From positions 10,564-74,563 of IMG/VR virus record IMGVR_UViG_3300033121_001334: a DNA stretch of 64,000 nucleotides, one strand, 5' to 3'. Below the pieces are notes generated by a model that saw nothing but the letters and a program-made list of their open reading frames with translations, was not told the origin of the DNA and made no database searches. Positions 7,103 through 13,877 of the stretch are shown here, one piece after another. Source of the DNA: a virus. Lineage: Duplodnaviria > Caudoviricetes. Both the position numbers and the translations under genes were made by a program. Position 1 is the stretch's first letter, and every line of letters begins with the position of its first letter.

Positions 7103-8296
7103 TTAGTTCTCCTCGTCGCCGCCCTCGTCGTCGTCGTTGCGGCGACCTTCGCTGGTCAGCGACCAGCCGCCATTGTCGTCTCGGTCAGCCAGGCCTTGAG
7201 CCTTGTAGTTCGACAGGTTCTTGCTCAGCTTCTCGCGAGTAAGCTCAGGGAATTCGACAAGAAGCCTGTCGTAGATACCGCCAAGGTCCAGCCGAGAATG
7301 AGTTGTGAGAATGTCTTTGACGCTGGGAAACAGTCTCAGCCTCTTGCCTCTTTGGGGCTTGGTCTGCTTTGCGGTCTTGATAGAGGGATGTCCTCCAAGC
7401 TCGGCAACTCGTTGGTCGAGGGCTGCGAACTTCTGAAAAGCAAGTTCAACGGCGATTTGCGCTGCCTTGGCCGCTTTCTTTGCAAGACCATACTCGGCAA
7501 CGGCCTTCATCCGCTCTTCTTCAGCGAGCTTGAGAGAGGCGCTGTCTTTGCCCAAAAGAACGTCAAGGTCGATGAGGTCGTCGTCGTCAAGGTCGATTGG
7601 AAACGAAGGCTGCGGCTTCGCAACCGCAAGAATGGAAGCGGGAATGGCCGGCGCAGTGGGGCGAGAAGGTTGAGCGACGGTTGGAGGTGTCGGCGGAGGT
7701 GTCTGCGGCTTGAATGGCAAGGCTTCGGGGGTAGAAGGAGCCGTCAGAACCTCAAGGAGAGCGTCATGGGCTTCCCCAATAGGCAAGAGCTTGGCGTCGT
7801 CTTGCATGGGAACCTTGTTGATTTTCCCAATCGCTCTCATGCCGTCGCCGTGGTCCCTCCACTTGTTGGCGAGATTGAAGTTCTGCGTCCAACGCCTTTC
7901 TTGCCCGGCCCAAACGGCTTTCATCTTCGCGCTGAAGATGACAAACTCGCCAGAGGGAGCGCCAGTCGGGACAATGCTCGTTGGGATAGACAGTCTCTCT
8001 CCGAGCGGCTTCCGAAAATCAACAGCAGACGGCATATTCATTACCTCCGTGATGTCAAAGTCGCAACCGCTCTTCCAAAGATAGATATTGGAGAGCTTTT
8101 CTTCTTCGTCATGTCCGTGCTTGAAGGGCCGAACGATGGCCCTTCCATTGCCCAAGACCTTCTTGAGAATGCCCCTATTGGGCTTCCCCCTTATGTCTTT
8201 GTTGATGAGCTTGATATTGCAGATTCGCCCGCTCTGTTGAGCAAGCTCAAGGAGCTTGAGGGCTTGAGCTTCTGAAATTCCTTGACGGCTTTCCAT
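7103..8296 (-). CDS. Hypothetical multidomain protein with a Pro-rich linker and possible C-terminal winged helix
   Basis: 397-aa ORF; ATG about 20 nt after the motif at 8316. Confidence 0.75.
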   Translation of the reverse strand: MESRQGISEAQALKLLELAQQSGRICNIKLINKDIRGKPNRGILKKVLGNGRAIVRPFKHGHDEEEKLSNIYLWKSGCDFDITEVMNMPSAVDFRKPLGERLSIPTSIVPTGAPSGEFVIFSAKMKAVWAGQERRWTQNFNLANKWRDHGDGMRAIGKINKVPMQDDAKLLPIGEAHDALLEVLTAPSTPEALPFKPQTPPPTPPTVAQPSRPTAPAIPASILAVAKPQPSFPIDLDDDDLIDLDVLLGKDSASLKLAEEERMKAVAEYGLAKKAAKAAQIAVELAFQKFAALDQRVAELGGHPSIKTAKQTKPQRGKRLRLFPSVKDILTTHSRLDLGGIYDRLLVEFPELTREKLSKNLSNYKAQGLADRDDNGGWSLTSEGRRNDDDEGGDEEN

Positions 8297-8349
8297 AGTC
8301 TAGAAGTCTAGGCCGAAAGTTTAGTCTTGGGCTTTCTCCGAGTGCAAAA

Positions 8350-8402
8350 TGGCCCCGATGGGATTCGAACCCCTACGCCTTTTTACGGGCTACGGATTTT
8401 TC
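8350..8402 (-). pseudogene. Orphan 3' half of a class II tRNA-Leu
   Basis: AAAA-TCCGTA-GCCCGTAAAAAGGCGT-AGGGG-TTCGAAT-CCCAT-CGGGGCC-A, overlapped by the HNH stop codon. Confidence 0.7.
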
Positions 8403-8827
8403 ACATTTCTTCCTCTCCAAGTTGGAGTCAATGCGTGGCAGTTGCAACACAAAAGTTCTAGATTTTCTTTTCGGTTATCAGTTCTATCACCATTTTTGTG
8501 TTCAATTTCTAAAGGAGCGATCTCTCCTTGCCATTCTGTTATTTTACACTTTTCACATTGATGACCTCGTTCCGAAATCAAATGTGGTTTTAAAGAAGAA
8601 AGCTTATTGTATTCTGACCAGTCTTTTAATCTTTTCCCAACGTTCCAAGCACTACCAGTCCAATGAGAACAATCCAGATTTAGCCTCTGGAGTGTTTTTC
8701 TCATATTGTTGTAGTTGCCACCTGCAACTCTGAGATCAAGGGCCTTCAAAAGCTCTGCCATCGAGTTGACTTCTTTACACTTTTGAATAATTTGTTCATC
8801 GGTGTAGCTTCTGTATTTTCTTGCCAT
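8390..8827 (-). CDS. Free-standing HNH endonuclease
   Basis: CEKC...LEIEHKNGDRTDNRKENLELLCCNCHA; start MARKYRS at 8827 behind GGAGG in the hairpin TAATCCATCT/AGGTGGATTA. Confidence 0.9.
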   Translation of the reverse strand: MARKYRSYTDEQIIQKCKEVNSMAELLKALDLRVAGGNYNNMRKTLQRLNLDCSHWTGSAWNVGKRLKDWSEYNKLSSLKPHLISERGHQCEKCKITEWQGEIAPLEIEHKNGDRTDNRKENLELLCCNCHALTPTWRGRNVKNP

Positions 8828-8893
8828 AATCCACCTCCATAGATGGATTACAATTGGCAATCGAATTATCCTTCTTCGTCTACCAATTCCTAA

Positions 8894-9212
8894 TGGACTG
8901 ACCGGGACTTGAACCCGGATGGTGTTTGAATACCTGCGGATTTTCTTACCACTTCAGCTTTCGCCGACTGCCCTTTTCCATCAAGGTACTTGGGGTCTTA
9001 CGTTTGTGGTCTGGACTGTACCTTCATCCGTTCTGCTTCTTACGAAGAGTTTTGGATGACCCAATTGCAGTCTCTACGGCTTCCTTTGTAGGTTTGCCTC
9101 GGAATTGGGATTTTACACCGTTTCCCGATACTCTGGGTTTCATTTACAAGATTACTCTTGTAACGCTCAAATTGTCTAAGTCCGCTGCGTCTGCCAATTT
9201 CGCCATCAGTCC
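8894..9212 (-). tRNA. trnL: tRNA-Leu (UAA), class II, interrupted by a group I intron after U34
   Basis: Exon 1 (9178-9212) GGACTGATGGCGAAATTGGCAGACGCAGCGGACTT plus exon 2 (8894-8944) AAAATCCGCAGG...GGTTCAAGTCCCGGTCAGTCCA. Confidence 0.9.
8945..9177 (-). ncRNA. Group I intron, 233 nt, no ORF
   Basis: P1 CUU|AGA-CAA-UUUGAG with U.G at the splice site; GUAGAGACUG and GAAGGUACAGUCC form P7; terminal G; same position as the cyanobacterial/plastid trnL(UAA) intron. Confidence 0.9.
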
Positions 9213-9219
9213 AATTATT

Positions 9220-9420
9220 CTATTCTTTGCGCGAATAATTTTGCACAGACAATTTATCTATTTGTTCTTGTTGAGATTTAATAATACTTAAGATTTTCAA
9301 AAAATCTCCAGCCATAACAAAAAAAGTATTATCTCCCTTAATAGGAAATTTTCCTCCTTTACCAGCTTTATCCATTCTTTCTTTAACGTTTTGAATAAGT
9401 TCCTCAATCTCGTTCTTCAT
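9220..9420 (-). CDS. Small hypothetical protein
   Basis: AAGGA RBS; lies between tRNAs. Confidence 0.6.
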   Translation of the reverse strand: MKNEIEELIQNVKERMDKAGKGGKFPIKGDNTFFVMAGDFLKILSIIKSQQEQIDKLSVQNYSRKE

Positions 9421-9430
9421 ATTTGTCCTT

Positions 9431-9826
9431 TCAAAAAGTCCGATGCGTCTGCCGTTCCGCCACAGGGCCGATAATCTGAGAAACAGTCATTTTGCGAACA
9501 GGTAAAATGTTGTGGTCCAAGAAGTGATTGAGGCAATCTTCCACTTCGTCCAAGAAGCTATCGCAGGCGGCAATTCTGTTAGAGGGAAGATCTTCTCTCA
9601 TTTCAAGAATCGTTCTGTAAATCGAAATCAAGTCAATAACTTTGCATTCGATTTTAGATTCTCGCGCAAAAGTAAAAGCGTCCGAAATGAGATCCAAATC
9701 GGGCTTTCTTGCGGATTTCAATGATTGAAATGCAGAAAGAGCTTTTTCTTTGCGAAGCTCGTTCTGGTTTGGAGAGTGAATATCTACTTTAATAGAACGA
9801 AAATCAAGAGTATCAAGCATCGTCAT
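9431..9826 (-). CDS. Hypothetical protein
   Basis: 131-aa ORF starting just after a tRNA 3' end. Confidence 0.6.
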   Translation of the reverse strand: MTMLDTLDFRSIKVDIHSPNQNELRKEKALSAFQSLKSARKPDLDLISDAFTFARESKIECKVIDLISIYRTILEMREDLPSNRIAACDSFLDEVEDCLNHFLDHNILPVRKMTVSQIIGPVAERQTHRTF

Positions 9827-9828
9827 AA

Positions 9829-9902
9829 TAGCTCCAGAGAGATTCGAACTCTCAACCTTACCGCCTTAAACGGTTTGCCTCTGCCGATTGAGCTATGGAG
9901 CC
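9829..9902 (-). tRNA. trnL: tRNA with Leu anticodon UAA and a short variable loop
   Basis: GGCTCCA/TGGAGCT acceptor, ACCG-TTTAAGG-CGGT, GAGAG-TTCGAAT-CTCTC, A73. Confidence 0.75.
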
Positions 9903-9918
9903 AAAGTTTAGTTCTAAA

Positions 9919-9992
9919 TGCTCTTGAGTGGATTCGAACCACTAACAACTAGATTCTGAGTCTAGCGCCTCTGCCGGTTGGGCTACAAGAGC
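9919..9992 (-). tRNA. trnL: tRNA with Leu anticodon CAG and a short variable loop
   Basis: GCTCTTG/CAAGAGC, CTAGA-CTCAGAA-TCTAG, 5-nt variable loop, A73. Confidence 0.88.
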
Positions 9993-10005
9993 GAATTTTA
10001 CTAAA

Positions 10006-10079
10006 TGCCCAGGACTGGATTCGAACCAGCACTGTATTGATTTTGAGTCAATCGCCTCCTGCCGTTGGGCTACCTGGGC
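10006..10079 (-). tRNA. trnL: tRNA with Leu anticodon CAA and a short variable loop
   Basis: GCCCAGG/CCTGGGC, ATTGA-CTCAAAA-TCAAT, 5-nt variable loop, A73. Confidence 0.88.
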
Positions 10080-10100
10080 TTTATTGAAGTATTTCCATAA

Positions 10101-10183
10101 TGCCCCTGAGAGGATTCGAACCTCCACGTCCTTTCGGACACGAGATCCTAAGTCTCGTGCATCTGCCGTTTCGCCACAGGGGC
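10101..10183 (-). tRNA. trnL: tRNA-Leu (UAG), class II
   Basis: GCCCCTG/CAGGGGC, CGAGA-CTTAGGA-TCTCG, GTCC-GAAA-GGAC variable arm. Confidence 0.93.
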
Positions 10184-10192
10184 CTATTTTAT

Positions 10193-10405
10193 TTAGGCCA
10201 TTTTACACGGACTTGTAAAATTCCAGACAGCTTTGATGTCTTCTTCAATCGGAAACTCATGCGATCTATTTCCGTCAACAATAACCTCTTTTACTGATTC
10301 AGTAACGCAAATTGCAGAAACTAATTTTTGAAGCTCGCTCAGAACATCGACCTGAAAATTGTAAGTGTCCTCAGTGGTTATAACAACGATTCTTTTTGTA
10401 CTCAT
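10193..10405 (-). CDS. Small hypothetical protein
   Basis: Start MSTKRIV at 10405 with AAGGA RBS; the longer track call overlaps a tRNA. Confidence 0.55.
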   Translation of the reverse strand: MSTKRIVVITTEDTYNFQVDVLSELQKLVSAICVTESVKEVIVDGNRSHEFPIEEDIKAVWNFTSPCKMA

Positions 10406-10424
10406 TATGATCCTTTCTTTTAAA

Positions 10425-10508
10425 TGGCCTTGACAGGACTCGAACCTGCACTCTCTTGCGAGAACCACCACCTCAAGGTGGCGCGTCTGCCAATTCCGCC
10501 ACAAGGCC
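10425..10508 (-). tRNA. trnL: tRNA-Leu (GAG), class II; first gene of the Leu cluster
   Basis: GGCCTTG/CAAGGCC, CCACC-TTGAGGT-GGTGG, long variable arm. Confidence 0.94.
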
Positions 10509-10517
10509 TTATGTACC

Positions 10518-10551
10518 AAAAGAAAAACCCCATCTTTTTAGGGATGGGGTT
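10518..10551 (-). terminator. Intrinsic terminator of the Leu attenuator
   Basis: AACCCCATC-CCTAAAAA-GATGGGGTT followed by TTTCTTTT, about 10 nt before tRNA-Leu(GAG). Confidence 0.85.
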
Positions 10552-10582
10552 CGTGTGCATCTACGCAACGACTTCCATCCCT

Positions 10583-10633
10583 TTATTCAAGGAGTAGGAG
10601 GCCGCATAACAAGCTGTTGAAGTTAGTATTCAT
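10583..10633 (-). CDS. Attenuator leader peptide MNTNFNSLLCGLLLLE (16 aa); absent from the ORF track
   Basis: Leu codons TTG TTA ... CTC CTA CTC CTT; the stop is immediately followed by AGGGATGG, complementary to CCATCCCT in the terminator. Confidence 0.85.
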   Translation of the reverse strand: MNTNFNSLLCGLLLLE

Positions 10634-10639
10634 GGTTGA

Positions 10640-10667
10640 ACTATATACCTTTTCGGCTAGAAGTCAA
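10640..10667 (-). promoter_or_regulatory. Sigma70-like promoter, probably giving a leaderless transcript
   Basis: TTGACT-N16-TATAGT; the leader ATG is 7 nt downstream of the -10 box. Confidence 0.7.
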
Positions 10668-10952
10668 AAAATCCTTCAACGAACACGAAAGAATTTTGTG
10701 AGTTTTCACCGATTGAGCTTTTTTGGTTTCCGGAAAATTACAAGGAATCTCAATCCCGCAATAAGGACAAAATATCTGTCCAAGCGTTTTTTCTCCGCAA
10801 ACAAGACAATCACTTGATCTTGTAATAGCGGATCGCTTCTTCCAAATCCAACGCCTCAAGCTCGCCCAGAGAAATAAAAACACAACCCCGCTGCTTATAG
10901 ATAAGAGGATTATGCCAGTGTCCATGTACGAGTATCCTAGGCATATGAGCAT
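10641..10952 (-). CDS. Small membrane protein with a Zn-ribbon
   Basis: Hydrophobic N-terminus; CLVC...CPYC; partly overlaps the upstream phosphoesterase ORF. Confidence 0.45.
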   Translation of the reverse strand: MLICLGYSYMDTGIILLSISSGVVFLFLWASLRRWIWKKRSAITRSSDCLVCGEKTLGQIFCPYCGIEIPCNFPETKKAQSVKTHKILSCSLKDFLTSSRKGI

Positions 10953-11469
10953 GAATCATCGAATCAAGCAAGAAAGCTGTGGAGTTACCCTTTGGTTCGC
11001 CCCAGCCCTCATTGTTGCGGTCATAAGTACAAGAAGCAGCCTTGGCAATCTGATGAAGCCTAAACGGAGCTTCATGACAAATCAGAATATCAGGCTTGTT
11101 GTTGATGTAGTCATCAAGAGCAAGCTCCATAGCCTCCCGATTAAGTTGCTCGTCAGGCCACCAATCAACTCCCTCTTTTCTCCACTTCTTATCAACAGAA
11201 TCAGCGCCAGCAACAATGTACAGCCCATTCCACATGCCATACTCAACGGCATACTGCGGATGCGCTCTGCAAATGGCTGGATTGTCATGATTTCCGCGAA
11301 AGAAACGAAAGTTCGCAGGCAGCTTTGGTTCTCGACCAGGAAAGCCAATACCAACGTCGCCAAGACCAAGAACAGTCTTGTTCGCGTACTTATCGCAGAC
11401 GTTCTTGAGCATGGACCATTTCCCATGAACGTCGCCAACAATCACAATATCATTCAGGCTTGGATTCAT
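10810..11469 (-). CDS. Calcineurin-like metallophosphoesterase
   Basis: GDVHG, GDVG, GNHD and HGHWH motifs. Confidence 0.9.
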   Translation of the reverse strand: MNPSLNDIVIVGDVHGKWSMLKNVCDKYANKTVLGLGDVGIGFPGREPKLPANFRFFRGNHDNPAICRAHPQYAVEYGMWNGLYIVAGADSVDKKWRKEGVDWWPDEQLNREAMELALDDYINNKPDILICHEAPFRLHQIAKAASCTYDRNNEGWGEPKGNSTAFLLDSMIHAHMPRILVHGHWHNPLIYKQRGCVFISLGELEALDLEEAIRYYKIK

Positions 11470-12979
11470 CTCTCAAAACTTTCTGGAACTGATACAGCGC
11501 CGCTCCTTCTAAACACTGCTTTGCAAGACCAAACAAAACGCTCAATCTGTCAAGCGTTAGTCCGGCTCTCTTTGCAATACCGCCCAGAAGAAGCTCTCGC
11601 TGTTTTTCGTCCAAAAGCTGAGAGGTGGTGTCAATCGCCACCAAAATGCGCAAGAATCCAACAAGCTCGTCTTCTTCCAACGGAGGGTCAATCTCTTCGT
11701 CATTGCCCAAAAAATCGGTCAGCTTCACAAGCTCGCAATCCTGATAAGGGTTTGCGATGTAGTTAGCGACCTCTTCCGTGAAAGAAGTATCAACGCCAAT
11801 GAAGCCGCCGTCCACCTTATGAATATCAAGATGAATAACCTGACCCGGATTATCAGGGTCAGCTACCTCGATAGTCTTGATGTACTGGCTAATCTTCATG
11901 ATTCGTCTTCTGTTCCGCCGTCGCCAAAGATTCGCTCTCGAACCCTGTCATGGATAGCATAGTCAACCTCAAAGAAGGCGTCAACTTGCCGTCCCATTTC
12001 AAGAGCTTTTTCGATTTCATTTGCGCCGCTATTGGAAAGCACAATCTTCTTGCCGGTAATCCTTTCAAGGGAAGCGATAACCCGCTTCATACCTTCGACA
12101 GGATCAACATTGGCAATCGTCCTGAACGACGGAGCCAGGTCCGCAAATGATGTTGCGTAAACTTGATTGAACGCAAGGTTTTCTCGGTATTCCGTCAGCG
12201 CCCAAGAGTTCGGCGTTGCGGAAACACCATAACGATAGCTCAAGGTCTCGCCCTTGCTGCGAGGCCCTTCAGACTTGCGAGTTTTCCAGTCGTCCGAAAG
12301 GTGACAAAGCACCTTTTCGTTCTCGGCTTGCTTCGGTAAATCAACTTTCATATGCTACATATAGTAGCAGAAAGTTTAGTCTTGGCAAACCAAACTGTGG
12401 TTTCTCAAAGAACTAGACACACTCCAACGACGAGAGTTTCTCGTTCATGTCTACCTGAACGCCTCTGTCTTCAAGAAACTGAACAAGGTCGTATAACTCT
12501 TTGTACGAGTCATGACCTAAAGATTCATTCATAAATAAAAGACCAGACCAAACAGCTTTGCCGCTACGAGGAACCTTGATCTCTTTTCCGTCGAGACAGA
12601 TAGTTGACGGATAAGTTGTGAAGCCAAAGTACACAAAAGCGCCGTTGCTAAGTTCAACCGCAAATACAGCAATACTTTGCGGATTCACAATCACAATCTT
12701 GTCATTGTGAAGCATAATCCCTTGAGACAAAAGCTTTGCGTCAAGCAAGGGATCTTCTGAACCCTCAACCAGGCACTCTTCTCCATAAAAGCGATGAATG
12801 GGGCCTACCCTAATCGCCTTATCCTGTGCTTGTTGTCGCAGGGCAACAAGATGAGCATACATCTCCTTCTTGTCGCAAACAAGCTCAAAATGAAGAGCGC
12901 CAGAATCAGTCTGATGATTCTTGAGTCGCTCGGTTTCCATAAACAATTCCCCTGAACGAACTGGACTGATTGTTGTCAT
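11450..12979 (-). other. Three hypothetical CDS (11450-11899, 11896-12351, 12413-12979)
   Basis: Tandem ORFs with overlapping start/stop codons; no family recognised. Confidence 0.7.
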
Positions 12980-13125
12980 GTTTCTTTGTTGTTGAGAATT
13001 CCCGTGCCCTCAAAGATAGTATGAACTCCCCGCATGAAAATGCAACATTTTACAAGTGAAAACGGCACAATCTAAAAGAAATACATAAAGGCTTCTTGTT
13101 ATACGACCCTGCTAGACCTTTGGAT

Positions 13126-13719
13126 TCAGAAATTCGCCAAATAAGCGGCAATTTCTGTGAAATCCGCAAGGTTGGCGCGATCCCAGGGAGTCTTCCCTGC
13201 ATTGTCCTTCACATGAACGCTTGCACCTTCTTCTTCAACAAGCCGCTTGACTTCATCAAAGTCTTGAGCGTCAACAGCCAGATGCAGGCGGGTCTTCCCA
13301 AACTGACCAACCTTCTGGTCAATGCTTCGAAAAACCGGCTTCTCCTTAAGCCTAGTCTGGAAAACCAAACTAGAAGGCTCTTCAATAACCGGCTCTGGTT
13401 GACTGTTGAAGAACTCAATGATCTCGTCAAAAACTTGAGAAGTTATGTTTTGCAAATCAATAATAGCATTGACCTGCGCCAATCGAGTCAACGCTCCAGG
13501 TTGAAGCTTGCCCTTCTCGGCCCAGGCAGGATGCTGATTCAGGATTTCTCTTTTTGCACGAGAGAAAATAAACTCTCGCAATCTAAAGCGGTCAATTGTC
13601 GAACCGTTATTCGAAGAAAGCCTCCTGGTTAGTTCTTCAATAAGAGGTTCCAGAAGGCTTTCTTCTTTTGGGCTGATTAATGGCATAAACAATCCTTTTT
13701 TCATCAGCAAATGAGCCAA
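13126..13719 (-). CDS. Protein with a C-terminal ankyrin repeat
   Basis: GKTRLHLAV...VKRLVEEEGASVHVKDNAGKTPWDRA; upstream TTGCTT-N17-TACGAT. Confidence 0.75.
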   Translation of the reverse strand: MAHLLMKKGLFMPLISPKEESLLEPLIEELTRRLSSNNGSTIDRFRLREFIFSRAKREILNQHPAWAEKGKLQPGALTRLAQVNAIIDLQNITSQVFDEIIEFFNSQPEPVIEEPSSLVFQTRLKEKPVFRSIDQKVGQFGKTRLHLAVDAQDFDEVKRLVEEEGASVHVKDNAGKTPWDRANLADFTEIAAYLANF

Positions 13720-13877
13720 GTCCGTCTAGCTCACTATCAGGAAATTTGTCGGTTCCGTTTGCCGCCCTCTCCGAGACAGCAAGAATATCGTACATGAAAT
13801 CGCCTTGAAAAGCAAGAAACGAAAGAACTTGCAATGATTTTTTGCAATCGGGGTTAGTTGTGGAAAAGTTGTCACTT

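Noticed and set aside
6965-8275. Long plus-strand ORFs in the track (1747-2610, 6965-8275, 10912-11766, 54130-54795, 55477-56049 and similar)
   Set aside because: They are antisense shadows of well-supported minus-strand genes, with no RBS or recognisable motifs.
8926-10519. Track ORFs 8926-9291, 9942-10127, and the 5' extensions of 10193-10519 and 4142-4429
   Set aside because: They overlap tRNA genes or the group I intron and are better explained as RNA genes.
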